64,000 nucleotides of DNA, taken from positions 30,132,001-30,196,000 of the forward strand of contig OZ024758.1 in the NCBI GenBank assembly GCA_964016885.1, given 5' to 3'. The stretch is from Eledone cirrhosa. Lineage: Eukaryota. Below, in pieces: positions 13,668 to 27,443 of the stretch. Made by a program: the position numbers and the translations under genes. The stretch's first letter is position 1; each line of letters begins with the position of its first letter. The notes beneath the pieces are model-generated. The model ran no database searches, had not been told where the DNA came from, and was given only the letters and a program-made list of their open reading frames with translations.

Positions 13668-14131
13668 AAAGTGGTTGTTTTGGTATCACAACAAAACAAA
13701 AAGAGCGCAGTTGACACTGTAAAGTGGTTGTTTTGGTGGCATGATAAAAAGCACCCAGTCCACACTGTAAATGTTGATTGGCGTTAGGAAGGGCATCCAG
13801 CTGTAGAAACCACCCCAGAAATGGTTCTGTGTAAGCAAGACAGTCATATGATCTGACTTGTCTCACAATGAGACAACTTGTCTAATCCATGCTAGCTTGG
13901 AAAATGGCCATTAAATGATGATGATGATGATGATATATATGTTTAGAGTGGTATGGAAATTTTATTGGATAATAATGGAATATAGGTGCTAAAAAAAAAT
14001 ACAGAACTGGTAATTTGTAATAGCCACTAATTGTGTTTTGGTAAAGAAACACATTGAAGTGAAGTAATTATAGCTAAGTGTAGGTTAAAACAGCTTAACA
14101 TAGCAAGTATTTGATGAACAGATCCATTTAA

Positions 14132-14711
14132 CCCTTTAGCATTCACATTACTCTATATATACTATTGTATTTTCATGGTAAAGGCTTTACCTCGCACAAT
14201 ATCTCACATAACATTCACATTACTCTATATATACTATTGTATTTTCATGGAAAAGGCTTTACCTCGCACAATATCTCACATAACATTCACATTACTCTAT
14301 ATATACTATTGTATTTTCATGGTAAAGGCTTTACCTCGCACAATATCTCACATAACATTCACATTACTCTATATATACTATTGTATTTTCATGGAAAAGG
14401 CTTTACCTCGCACAATATCTCACATAACATTCACATTACTCTATATATACTATTGTATTTTCATGGTAAAGGCTTTACCTCGCACAATATCTCACATAAC
14501 ATTCACATTACTCTATATATACTATTGTATTTTCATGGTAAAGGCTTTACCTCGCATAATTATCTCACATAATAGCAAATCTATGAGATTTTGAAAGTAT
14601 TTATTTTGAGAACAATACCTTAACATCAGTTTGAGTGGCCAGTTACAGCCAGTTTCAACAGAAAAAGGTAGAGAATTCCGGCCGGTTTTGGCCGGTTTGA
14701 ACATTAAAGGG
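14132..14711. mobile_element. piggyBac-type MITE with internal 72-bp array (~6 copies)
   Basis: TTAA|CCCTTTA ... TAAAGGG|TTAA. Confidence 0.85.
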
Positions 14712-15072
14712 TTAAACTATTCCCACACAATTTAACCCTTTACCAGTCACATTACACTATATTTACTATTGTATTTTCATGGTAAAGGCTTTATTTTACA
14801 TAACTATTTCACATAACATTGAATCTACAAGATTTTGATGTTATTTATTTTGAGAACAATACCTTAACATAAGTATGAGCAGCTGGTTAATGGTTTCTGA
14901 TTTTGGGGGAGGGGAATTCGAATAAATCGACCCTAGTGTGTTACTGGTACTTTATCGACACTGGAAGGATGAAAGGCAAAGCTAACCTCTGTGGAACTTG
15001 AACTGAGAATGTAAGGGACTGTAACTATCTGCCACATGTTGTCTGATGCTCTGCCAACCTACCGGCCTTATA

Positions 15073-15688
15073 TCTATATATATAAAACTGAGGATGTCTG
15101 TGTGTGTGTGTGTGTTGTGTGTCTCTGTGAGTTTGAATCCCTAAAACTCGAGAAGTACCCAACCGATATTTTTTCAAACTTTACATGTGTACAACTTTTT
15201 GATCCCCTAGGGACTGCATTAGGTGAAAAACCGCGTTTTTTCAGCTTTTTAGGTTTTTTTTGAGGCGTTGCGTCAGACCGATTTCCTTGAAATTGTAACT
15301 ATGTATTACTCAGTCTCTTCTTCATACCGTGAGCAAAGAAAATCCAACTTTATTATGGCTTAGTGCCCGCATTAAGTGAAAAACTTCATTTTTTTCAGCT
15401 TTTTAGGGCTTTTTTGAGGCGTTACGTCCAGCCGATTTTCCCGAAATTTCAAGGCATATTATGCACATAAAAAAATTCATATTCTTGATCCCCTAGGGCC
15501 CGCATTAGGTGAAAACCTTCATTTTTCCTACTTCATCAAGGAAAATCTTAAAGATTATCCAGCCATCAGAGTATTCGGTTTATTTTCTTTACATATTGTC
15601 CAGGCATGCAGTTTTTCTACGATTAGGTCTGTTGGCGGCCCGCGTTCCAAAATACCTTATCCCGTGCAACACCGGGTACCACTGCTAG
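15073..15688 (+). mobile_element. Non-autonomous Helitron
   Basis: A|TCTATATATATAAAACTGAGG start; CCCGTGCAACACCGGG hairpin then CTAG|T end; no TSD. Confidence 0.8.
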
Positions 15689-17158
15689 TATATAATGAAA
15701 ATACCGCCAATTCTTTCTCTCATGTATCTCTTTCTTCTTAAATGAGTCATATGTCTCACAATTTTTTCCCTATGCAACATAGCATCAATGTATGTTGGTT
15801 GGTCTTCAGACTTCATCCTGGTTCATCAGTCTGTTAGAAATATCAGAAAACCTGAGAAATCAGAGGTATTCTAATTATGACCATCCTGTCTTTTTTAGGA
15901 ATATTTAGGACAACATTATATAAGTTGCCCTTATACATATTCATATACACATACAGAGAAAACTTGCCAAACTAAGGATTGAGAGGACTCTTCAGTTGTG
16001 TCAAAGACATGACAACTTCCCTAGTGCTGGTGCCATATTAAAATGGATATGCTGTACTCTATAGAGTGTGAAAATGTATGTAAGTGGGATGCAGGCCACC
16101 AACCCATCTGTAGGTCAGCTTTAAGTACTGACTTGGTCTGTGATGACCTGTCCAGAGAGAGAGAGACCAAAGATTATCCTTGTAATTAGAATACAAAAAC
16201 TCCCACTATGTGTGTTTAAAATCTTTAAACTGCAAGTAATGGAGACAAGTCTAACATCATTAGCTAATCCAAAATATCAGAAATTGATAATGTAGTTACC
16301 ATCTGTTAATAGACTTGGATTCATTAACTCTACAGACAATCTTTTCTTATGCTAACCAGTTTTCTGTAAAAACGATGTGGACTATCTTTCTTTTAAAACC
16401 AGGTTGAATAAAAGGCAAGGAGAGTAATGCATTCTCTTAGGATTTAACATAAAACATGATACATATTCCAGTTACTTTTACCGCAGACTAATAATTCCCA
16501 TAATGAATCACTGCACATTCGCAAGATGTTGCATGTGCATTGGAATTTTGTGGCAAGAAAACCTTATGAAGTTTCTAATTTATTCTGATATGAAAAAAAC
16601 ATATGTAAGAAAGGTGTGAAAAAAATGTTGTTCTCATGCTGAAATCCTTTTTCTAGTTTGTTAAACATATTTGTAAAATTTTCTATGAAAGGTCACGGGA
16701 AAGGAATGTGGATTATGTGATGTCAATGTTGTTGTTTAGCTTCAGGTCAGATTTGATAAAAGGCATTTTAGACATGTCTGTCTTGTCTTTTTGAACATCT
16801 AATTTGTTCTTCCTTTTTATATACAGTAAAAGTTTCAATATTTGGCTCCTATTTCTAGCAGGTTTAAATAACTGCGCAGAGATTCTCTTGTTGGCTTATT
16901 GCGATGTACCCTATATACTCAAATATAATCCCACACCACTATTTTATGTCTGAGAAATAGGCAAAAATCCAATCCATTTTCATGTAGAATTTGAAGTTGG
17001 TGAAAATCGTCAAAATATTGACTCCAAATATAAACCAATCCCCTTCTACCATCGATTTTTTTTTTTTTGGTCACATATTCCTCACCTTATATTCGAGTAT
17101 ATACAGCAATTAAGATTCAGCCCTGATATCTAAGAACTACATTATCTGAATATGTTAA

Positions 17159-17379
17159 CCCTTTAGCATTCAAACCAGCCATATCCGGCCAGAATTCACT
17201 CACTTCTTTCTGTTCAAACCGACCATTACCAGCTACTCATACTTATGTTAAGGTATTGTTCTCAAAATAAATAACGTCAAAATCTCTTTGATTCGATATT
17301 ATGTGAGATAATTACGTGAAATAAAGTGTTTACCTTGAAAATACAACAGTAAGTATTGAATAATGAAAAGGCTAAAAGG
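17159..17379. mobile_element. piggyBac-type MITE, diverged monomer
   Basis: TTAA|CCCTTTAGCATT start; homologous to 29307-29532. Confidence 0.7.
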
Positions 17380-17556
17380 TTGAAGTTGTTGTTTAGCCTT
17401 ATTCATGTTATGGTATGACTTGATTTTTATTGACAAATCAATAAGAGATCACAGTAGGGACATTTGAAATGTGTAAACAAGGTTTAGAATCTATCATAAC
17501 AGAGTGAAAAAATAAATAGATTTGTAAGCATTTTGTTTTGAAGACAGCAAGCAAAG

Positions 17557-17764
17557 TTTGAAATTTAGTAGAAATAGAAGCTTTTGCCGTATTTTGACTT
17601 CTGAAATTACCCTGATAGTGGGGTTTAAAAACCTCTAAATGGAAAAGGATGTACATGTATGTCAATACTCATCCTTTTCCATTTAGAGGGTTTTAAGCCC
17701 CACTATCAGGGTAATTTCATAAGTCAAAATATGGCAAAAGCTTCTATTTCTACTAAATTTCAAA
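17557..17764. repeat. Foldback inverted repeat (~95-bp arms, ~19-nt spacer)
   Basis: tttgaaatttagtagaaatagaagc...ggatg versus catcc...gcttctatttctactaaatttcaaa. Confidence 0.85.
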
Positions 17765-17887
17765 TAGATTTGAGTATTTGACTTGTTTCATAAGTTTGAG
17801 AAATATTTTGTTTCACTTTTTTAACAAAATTTATGTATTATATCACCACTTCTCTGTAGTGGTTTGGCATCATTATCTTTATCATCG

Positions 17888-18075
17888 AACGGTGGATTGG
17901 CAGTATCGGTAGAGGTTCAGATGCCATGCTTTCCAGCATAGTTACGTCCTTTTACGATCTGAGTTCAAATCCCGCCGAGGTTGACTTTGCCTTTCATCCT
18001 TACGGGGTCGATAAAATAAAGTACCAGTAATGCACTGGGTAATTGCTGGCCTTGTGCCTAAAGTAGAAACCATTA
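17888..18075 (+). mobile_element. tRNA-type SINE family 1 (representative copy)
   Basis: TGGCAG..GGTAGA A-box-like and GAGTTCAAATCC B-box, central gcctttcatccttacggggtcgataaaataaagtaccag; further copies near 6310, 7285, 14890, 23290, 31823, 37145, 44075, 44490, 44630, 45480, 47085, 47400, 60243, 62482, 62698. Confidence 0.8.
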
Positions 18076-18084
18076 TCTCTATCA

Positions 18085-18545
18085 TCACATTATGTCTCTT
18101 TTTCCATGCTTGCCTGGGTTGGACAAATCTATTCCAGCACAGCATCTCTCCAGTCATTGCAATCTTACATCATCTTGTCTGTAAGCTTCCGCTATTTAAG
18201 ACCAACTCTTACAAACTCTCTTCAGGTCTTCCTTGGTCTCCATCTATTGTAGCTTTCTTCCACTGAGATTTCTTGGCACATCTTTACCCAGCAATCATCA
18301 TCCATACATATCACATGTCCATACCAGTGCAGTCTTCTGTACAGCTCATTCCTCATACACCCAGTTTCTCTCAATTCATTGATGCTTTGTCATTAACACA
18401 TTAATATTGTACATCCATTGAAACATGTTTGTATCACTTCTCTCCAGCCTTTGTGTACTCTCTGCATTCACTGCCCATGTTTCACTACCATGCAACATCA
18501 TAAATGACACACAGGCATCTTACAGCTGATCTTTCTTTCATAGAG
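18085..18545 (-). pseudogene. Old degenerate RTE ORF 3' fragment
   Basis: Minus strand gives DACVSFMMLHGSETWAVNAESTQRLERS...RLHWYGHVICMDDDCWVK...RPRKT, paralogous to the RTE at 33447-34544. Confidence 0.75.
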
Positions 18546-18696
18546 ATTTGAAATCGGAATGTAGAGACCCAGAACAAATGCCCAACACTTTGACAAATTA
18601 ACCACCTTTTGTCTGGCATTGATTAAATAAAAGAATAGTCATACAATGTGGTTTATTAAATCACCTACAACCTTCCCTTGAAATGTGGGTCTATAT

Positions 18697-19401
18697 CAGG
18701 CACGGGCAACCTTTTTTGAGCAGTGAACCACTTAAGATATGGCTCATCATAAGGTGGGTCACATAAGGTGGGCCACATAAGCTGTGACTCATCATAAGGT
18801 AGGCCACATAAGATGTGACTCATCATAAGGTAGACCACATAGGATGTGACTCATCATACAGTGGGCCACATAGGATGTGACTCATCATACAGTGGGCCAC
18901 ATAAGATGTGACTCATCATAAGGTAGACCACATAAGATGTAACTCATCATAAGGTAGGCCACATAAGATGTGACTCATCATACAGTGGGCCACATAAGAT
19001 GTGACTCATCATAAGGTAGGCCACATAAGATGTAACTCATCATAAGGTAGACCACATAAGATGTAACTCATCATAAGGTAGACCACATAAGATGTAACTC
19101 ATCATAAGGTAGACCACATAAGATGTAACTCATCATAAGGTAGACCACATAAGATGTAACTCATCATAAGGTAGGCCACATAAGATGTGACTCATCATAC
19201 AGTGGGCCACATAAGATGTGACTCATCATAAGGTGGACCACATCAGATGTGACTCATCATAAGGTGGACCACATCAGATGTGACTCATCATAAGGTGGGC
19301 CACATTACTAAAAACTTCAAGGCAATTTTGAAATTAGGTGTGCCATTGGGAAAGCCAATCATGATGCATGTGGCTCATGGGCCACAGTTTGCTCATGGCT
19401 G
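18697..19401. mobile_element. hAT-type MITE with internal 31-bp minisatellite (~18 copies)
   Basis: Imperfect TIRs CAGGCACGGGCAACCT/AGTTTGCTCATGGCTG; 8-bp TSD gtctatat/ctctatat. Confidence 0.7.
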
Positions 19402-20535
19402 CTCTATATTACTATATCACCTTCTACTGGTTTCAATCATTAGACTGTGGCCATGCTGGGGCTCCTATTTGAAGAAATGTATGCAATCATATTGATCGCA
19501 GTACTTTTTCAGCTCTCTCTGTAATATGATAGTGCTGGTACCATGAAAAAAGCACATAGTTCACATTGACAGGTGGTAGGGGTGGTGCCATGAGAAAACG
19601 GGCCTGGTACATGCTGTGAAGTGGTTAGCATCAGGAAGGGCATCTGTTTGTAGAAACCATGTCAAAATGGAATGTATATGCAAGGTAGAGTCATCTGATC
19701 TGTCTAGCATCAACACCTGTCAACCAGTGGCAAAGGGTAACCTGGAAAGCAGGGCATGCACTCTAATTGCCATGGCGGAAAGTGGGGCTGTGCAGCCTTA
19801 CCCCCCCCCATTCCCTCTAAATGACCCTCCCGGTCAAAGCCGCATGTAGTGTTATCTAGTGTGTGTGTGTGTGTTATCTTTTTTTGTGTCTACGTTTTAG
19901 TAAGCAGCCAAAATTCTGCTTGCTTCAACCGACACAATTGATCAACTCACAGTGCATGCGTTGCATGCACGGACACTTCGCCCCTGCTGTCAACTCATTC
20001 AACCATGATTGTTCTCATCATTAGTCATCTGTGACACTCATTAGCAAAATTATTCAACCTTCAATAGTGGTTTCTGATTTAGTGTGTTTTGCTTTTATTA
20101 GATACCACTCAATAATTAATCTCCAAACTAGCATGGAAAAATGGCCGTTAAATAGTGATGATGATGATGATGATGATAATGATGGCTGCAATGACTGTTT
20201 GATAGGAATTGATGGCAGAAGAGTGATATCTCAGTCAAATGTTTGGGGAAAAGAAATTTAGTCATTTTTTTAAATTTTTTATTTTTGTCTGTGATATCTG
20301 TTATATATGAAATGATTCTTCTCTCTTGCTCTGTAAGCCACTCCCTGGAGATTTCTAAAGACATCTGTGTTAAACAGCTTTAGATAATGTAAGTTTTAAA
20401 TATTCCATATGGACTGGTGAGGGAGAAATTAAGAGAAAAAAGAACATGCATGCAATTTGAGAGGGGGAGAGAGAGGTGGGGGTGTAAAGAACAGGATTAG
20501 GGCAGGGGGAGGAATGTGGAAAGGAAAAAAAAAGT

Positions 20536-20599
<64 letters not shown>

Positions 20600-20708
20600 G
20601 ACACATGCACACATGTATACACACACATATATAAACAATATATTTCTTAACTTCCACATTAGAAGTTGATTGCTCTTTTGTTCTTTTATTCTAACTTGTG
20701 TGTATGTA

Positions 20709-20763
<55 letters not shown>

Positions 20764-20929
20764 TAAAATAACAGATTAAAGTTTAAGCAAAGAATCGCTG
20801 CTTTCACCCTTAACGGGATCTTCTGAAACTAACAAAGTCAATCTGTTCTTATATATGGTTCTTAGATATTTGATATATATTTATCCTTATCGAGCCCTCT
20901 TTGGATTTAGTCTTCAAATTTATTATTAT

Positions 20930-20970
<41 letters not shown>

Positions 20971-20971
<1 letters not shown>

Positions 20972-21360
20972 TTGCCTAAGTACAAAGCGAAACCTACAGT
21001 CAGTAGGCACCTCTTAATCAAATATACACCCCTCCCACTACCCCAGCTCCCCCACCCGACTCCCATCTATACCACCCCTTTCGCTGTCAAGTTATGTTGG
21101 TACCACAACATCCAATCCTAAATAAATGAGGTCGTGTAGGTGTCACGAAAAAAAAAACACAGTCCACGCTGTAATGTGGCCGTGTAGGTAACATGGTAAA
21201 AACCTCCCAGTCCACACTGTAAACGTGGTTGGTGTTAGGAAGGGCATCCTGCCAGACAGTCCTATACGAGCGAGACGACCAATCTTGCCTCAAGTGGGAC
21301 AATTCCCGTCTAAACCCATGCTAGCGTGGAAGATAGACGTTAAACGATGATGATGATGTT
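20971..21360 (+). mobile_element. RTE 3'UTR-only copy
   Basis: Reverse complement of 33005-33412; starts after (TA)n and ends in (GAT)n. Confidence 0.85.
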
Positions 21361-22363
21361 GACAATGATGTTGATGATGATGATGATGAATATGATGATG
21401 ATACGAGGGAGGGAGATAGTGAGGGACATAGATAAATAGATAAATGGAGGGAGAGAAACTTTTAAAAATGTGATAGAAAGAGTTGATGGTGTAGAAAATA
21501 GAAAATATCGAAATATTGTAGATGGAAAAAGAGGTAGAAATTGAACCAAAGAAGAAAGCAAACAATATTTCAATATGGAAAACATCTGACAATATCACAG
21601 AAGCTGTGTTCTTGTTTATGGTTAAAATATCTGTTACAGGAGGATAAATTCCAGTCGATTTTGACAGTGTAGTTACTACATTTTGTGAGGTGCAATCCTT
21701 TTTAATAGCTTGAGGTTTTAGGGGGAAAAAGTAACTGTCAGAGTCAACCATTCAAACTTTATCTTCTAAGATGGAAGTTGATCTCTTGTAGTAATCTTTA
21801 TTCAATTATATCTTGTCAATTCTGGTATCTATTTCAAAGCAGTATCTGCTTCAAAGATAATATGTGGCCTCTTTCAGTTAACTTAATCAACTGATCATAT
21901 TTAACACATTCAACAGTGAAGCATTCTTTTGCCAGTTTGAGATGTTTGGCAGAGCTGGGCTGCTGACAGCAAAGTTATTGTCATCATTAGCGGCTTGCCT
22001 TACAGAGGAGCCAGGTGATGTCTATGAGGGTGCTTAGTTGTTTCAGTGCCCTAGCCTCACCATCACGTGTTGGTTTACCTCAAAGATTTCCTATGACCCT
22101 TGTGGTGTGTGACCGATTGACACACTTAGTATTGAATTAATGTTTTTTTTTCTCGCTTTGATTACTCTTTTACTCTTTTACCTGTTCCAGCCATCCGGCT
22201 GAGGCCATGCTGGGGCATCGCCCTTGATTATATATTTTTGTGTAATATATCTACAAGATTCCTAGCAATAATTAATTGATTATATCTATGTACTTCTATT
22301 TAATCTTATATATTTGTTATATGAAAATAAATATAGCTCAGTTCTCTTTGTAGTTAGGGTTAA

Positions 22364-22629
22364 CTCTTTACCATTTACATTACTCTATATATATACTATT
22401 GTATTTTCGTGGTAAAGGCTTTATCTCACATACCATTTACATTACTCTATATATATACTATTGTATTTTCGTGGTAAAGGCTTTATCTCACATAAGATTA
22501 CGAGATTTTGATGTTATTTATTTTGAGAACAATACCTTAACACCAGTATGAGTGGCTAGTTACAGCCAGTTTGAACAGAAAGAGGTGAGAAAATTCTGGC
22601 TGGATATGGCCGGTTTAAATGCTAAAGTA
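22364..22629. mobile_element. piggyBac-type MITE with a short internal duplication
   Basis: Homologous to 14132-14711; flanked by TTAA. Confidence 0.7.
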
Positions 22630-23657
22630 TTAAAGTTCAATTCTGTTTGAAACACATCTCTTTGTTCTTTTGGGCCAGAGTTCATTGACCTTTTCAGTGT
22701 TTTGTTGACTGGCAGGGGATGATTTGGTAAGATTAATAGATCAGTCTTCATCTTTTTACCTTACTACTGGAGTATTAATTAGTTGGATCTACTTCAAAGA
22801 AAAACCATCTCCTGCATTTAATTGCAATTAATTTGTCAGGAAATTGGTGTTTGATGCTGGAGATCAAACATTGCTGGCTTTGAATGTCTTATTTGCTTTT
22901 CTCTGCTTGCAAGGGTGGGACGGGAACTGATTCTGGCTTGATATCTACAGCTGGATGCCCTTCCTGACGCCAACCTCATTTACAGTGAGTGCTGGGTGCT
23001 TTTTTGTTGTGGCGCCTACATGTCCACTTTACAGTGTGGGCTGGGTGCTTTTTTGCCGTGGCACCTCCACGACCACTTTGCAGTGGAATGATAGGGACCC
23101 CAGTCCTATCATCTCATTTCTACAGCTGAGTAAACTGGAGCAATGTGAAATAAAGTGTCTTGCTCAAGGAAACAACACATCACCCGGTCTGAGAATTGAA
23201 CTCACAACCTTTCGATTGCAAGGCCAATGCTCTAACCACTAAGCCATGTGCCTCCTTTAATACATCATTATTCATTATTATTTAACATCGGGCGGTGAAT
23301 TGGCAGTATCGCTAGAGAGTCGGACGCCATGCTTTGCAGCAAAGAGTTACGTCCCTTTATGGTCTGAATTCAAATCTCGCCAAGGTTAACTCTGCCTTTT
23401 CATCCTTACGGGGTCGATAAAATAAAGTACCAGTAATGCTCTGGGGTAATTGCTGGCCTTGTGCCAAAAGTAGAAACATTATTATTATAATTGCTTAACC
23501 CTCCACATGGAGTTCACAGACAACTTCCACTACCAGGTCATTACGTCATGTGGAGCGAGAAGAACAATATTTTCCTATGAAAAAACAAATATTCTTTTTA
23601 GATTAGCCGAAAGATTTCCATTAACGTCTATTTTCTCTGCTACCAAATCAGTATTTA

Positions 23658-24630
23658 CCCTTTACCATTTACATTACTCTATATATACTATTGTATTTTC
23701 ACAGTAAAGACTTTACCTCACATAATATCTCACATAACATTTACATTACTCTATATATACTATTGTATTTTCACAGTAAAGGCTTTACCTTACATAATAT
23801 CTCACATACCATTTACATTACTCTATATATACTATTGTATTGTCACAGTAAAGGCTTTACCTCACATAATATCTCACATAACATTTACATTACTCTATAT
23901 ATACTATTGTATTTTCACAGTAAAGGCTTTACCTCACATAATACCTCACATAACATTTACATTACTCTATATATACTATTGTATTTTCACAGTAAAGGCT
24001 TTACCTCACATAATATCTCACATAACATTTACATTACTCTATATATACTATTGTATTGTCACAGTAAAGGCTTTACCTCACATAATATCTCACATAACAT
24101 TTACATTACTCTATATATACTATTGTATTGTCACAGTAAAGGCTTTACCTCACATAATATCTCACATAACATTTACATTACTCTATATATACTATTGTAT
24201 TTTCACAGTAAAGGCTTTACCTTACATAATATCTCACATACCATTTACATTACTCTATATATACTATTGTATTGTCACAGTAAAGGCTTTACCTCACATA
24301 ATATCTCACATAACATTTACATTACTCTATATATACTATTGTATTTTCACAGTAAAGGCTTTACCTCACATAATATCTCACATAACATTTACATTACTCT
24401 ATATATACTATTGTATTTTCACAGTAAAGGCTTTACCTTACATAATATCTCACATACCATTTACATTACTCTATATATACTATTGTATTTTTACAGTAAA
24501 GACTTTACCTCACATAATATCTCACATAACATTTACATTACTCTATATATACTATTGTATTGTCACAGTAAAGGCTTTACCTCACATAATATTAAATCTA
24601 TGAGATTTTGATATTATTTATTTTGAGAAT
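23658..24630. mobile_element. piggyBac-type MITE (truncated) with 72-bp array, ~13 copies
   Basis: Same 72-bp unit; source of the 306-aa repeat ORF. Confidence 0.85.
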
Positions 24631-25255
24631 GTAAGTGTCCAGAAGATGAAATAAAGAAAGGCGATGTACATCTCCTTGTTCTCCTCCTCTTTCAATCTTT
24701 TCTATATTTCAATCTGCCTGTCACCCACCTTGTGGAGTGTCTCTCTGTTGACCACTGGCCACTGGTCTCTGTCCTCTGAGGCATTTTTGACCATTGATGT
24801 CTTTGACAGCATTTAGCTGTTTTAACAACTGTGCTAGCGATGAGTTTTCTCATTTTTATATGTATTCAAATAAACTCTCGCTTCGTCTCAATCAGAGACA
24901 ATATTGGTTTTTCCTTTTATATATATATATATTTATATATATATATATATATATATAGAAGACCTGACTCCTCACGGGTACAAGCTGAAGCATATAGACA
25001 ATATGCCCCCACATCCTCCCACGGCAAAGTGGTCGTGGAGGTGCCACGGCAAAAAAGCACCCAGCGCTCACCGTAAATGAGGTTGGTGTTAGGAAGGGCA
25101 TCCTGCTGTAGAAATCAAGCCAGAACCAGTTCCTGTATGAACAAGACAAGGTTAGCTGACCGGACACTGCCCACAAGACAACCCGTCTAACCCATGCTAG
25201 CGTGGAAGAACGGACGTAAAACGGTGATGATGATGATCATATATATATATATTTT

Positions 25256-25481
25256 ACATTCATTTAATTTATTGATTTATTGATATTTTATTTGAGTGAT
25301 CCGAATCTTCCTGGTCGTTCTTTTTCGGCTGCACGGGTGATTTTTAGGCATGATCTCTATGTGTTGGTAATTTAACGATGGTTATAGCTCTGATTTATCC
25401 AAATTATTGAGCCCTCTGCCACACATGTCGGATATTGTTTATCGTGATTTCGTGAGCTGATTTTCCGATTCTCGATTATTC

Positions 25482-25483
<2 letters not shown>
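25256..25483. mobile_element. (TA)n-flanked interspersed repeat
   Basis: Reverse-complement copy at ~58131-58340. Confidence 0.65.
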
Positions 25484-25557
<74 letters not shown>

Positions 25558-25757
25558 TACCAAAACACAGCCATCATAACTGCTTTTCACTAAAAGGTGT
25601 GCACTCTCAACAGCTGGTTGCAGTTGTGCTACTGCAATTCGGTAAATTCATTGAGTGAGCTAGATGTTGGCCGAGGACTTGACATAATATCACCGATCTT
25701 CGTTACATTTATATATATATATATATAGAGAGAGAGATTTAAAAGAATCAAAGTTTA

Positions 25758-25848
25758 TTTGCATATTACAATTGTTTTGATATCAGCTCAGGGTACAATC
25801 AAGGTGACTGGGCCCAAGTCTTTTTCGAGATCTCGTCAGATGTGCAAA
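25758..25848 (-). ncRNA. Degenerate long-stem-II hammerhead (family F), left arm
   Basis: Inverted arm of palindrome 25745-26038. Confidence 0.45.
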
Positions 25849-25933
25849 GACACATCATGTATACATATTTATACAGTAGAGCTTTAAGAAAACAGATAAA
25901 TTCTACTTGTTACATATGTATATATGATGTGTC

Positions 25934-26024
25934 TTTGCACACCTGACGAGATCTCGAAAAAGACTTGCGCCCAGTCACCTTGATTCTACCCTGAGCTAAT
26001 ATCAAAACAATTGTAATATGCAAA
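25934..26024 (+). ncRNA. Degenerate long-stem-II hammerhead (family F), right arm
   Basis: tttgcacac-CTGACGA-gatctc...aatatc-AAAA-caattg-TA-atatgcaaa; GAAA box reads AAAA. Confidence 0.45.
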
Positions 26025-27443
26025 TAAACTTTGGTTCCCTTACTACAATTAACCACTCGACTGTAAAGTAGAAGTGGAACCTGTTTTTACTTTAGTCAAA
26101 ACTGGGACAAACTGAAGTGTTTTGCTCAGGAATACAATGTAATGGCTGGCATAATATTTAACAATTTAAGTCTGAAATAAAATATTTCCATATTTCTGTT
26201 TACCATGCTGCCATAACAAGTGGAAACAAAGAACTCTTGACAGAAATGGTGAAGTTTCAGTTTCGAATAAGTTAATGTGTGTGTGAACAGGACTATATCC
26301 CATATCACTTTCCAACATATTTATTTGGGGAAGTTAATAAATCCTGATTTAATGGATTTACATGCTGGAGAAATTGTTTTTTTTAAACTGGTTGTTCTTC
26401 CTACCATTAACCACTCACTATGAAGTAGAAGTAGGACCTATTTTTGCTCAGTTAAGTCAACCGAAGCAAGCAGAATTAATTACCTTGTTCACGGTACTAA
26501 TCAGCACTTATTTAACCAGCTTCAGTGGGATTTGAACTCAGAATAGCGTGATGTAAAACTAGAGGGTTGGCTGAAAAGTTCATAGGCTGACCAATATACT
26601 CTCAAGGAATGATCAAATGAGGTTTAGTTTTTAACATTAGTTCCTGGAAAGAAACAATGTGGTTATTAATAAGATGAGTTGAAATTAATGCATGCAAGAT
26701 TTCACAGCTCTAGCATCACTCCTTCATAATCAGCCTATGAACTTTTCAGCCCACCTTCATAGTGATGATTTAAGTCTTGGCTACTTCAACACCTCTAAAC
26801 TAATAACAAACATTGATTTCTCACATTGGTAAAAAAATAGCTGAGATTTATTCTATTGACCCTGGAGAAATTAGAGGTAAAGTTGACCTGGTAAAGTTGG
26901 CCGGGTAAAATTTAACCTACCATACATACTCGAATATAAACCGACCCCATTATGTCTGAGAAATGAGCAAAAATCCAAACCTTATTTATTTAAAATTTAA
27001 TGGTGAAAATCATCAAAATATTGTCCCCAAATATAAACAGACCCACTTCTACCATCGATTTTCTTTTTTTTTTTTTTTTTTTTTTTTTTTGGTTACATAT
27101 TCCTCACTTATCATTTATACTCAAATAAAAGCTATGTTTAAGGTTGAAACTAAATACTATAAAGATTGCCACAATATCATTATTATAACTTCATTTCCTA
27201 AGTGAAGAAATGTTAATAAAATTTCAGTTATTTTTAAAATATAAATCAAGAATTAAAAAACAGAACAAAAACAAAACAAAACAAAACAAAATAAAAGGAT
27301 AAATCCAAAATCTGATATATAAGCAAAGTTTTTAAGCCAATAATTTAATTAGTTTCTGTTTTCTGGCTCAGTAACTTCACTGGTGTAAGAAATATATATT
27401 TAAATTATGAGTAGTGCAGTCTTCTGTATCCAAGTTATATATA

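Noticed and set aside
21290-21751. 153-aa minus-strand ORF (and 20128-20364) in unique sequence
   Set aside because: No recognisable domain; both run into (CAT)n tails
23691-24611. 24-aa repeat proteins (also at 14165, 42598, 42977, 50848)
   Set aside because: 72-bp satellite inside a MITE; unit length is a multiple of 3, with no unique coding flanks
24670-24820. Possible very old RTE C-terminus (..SEDRDQW..) on the minus strand; a similar hint at 52650-52780
   Set aside because: Similarity too short and degenerate to support without a search
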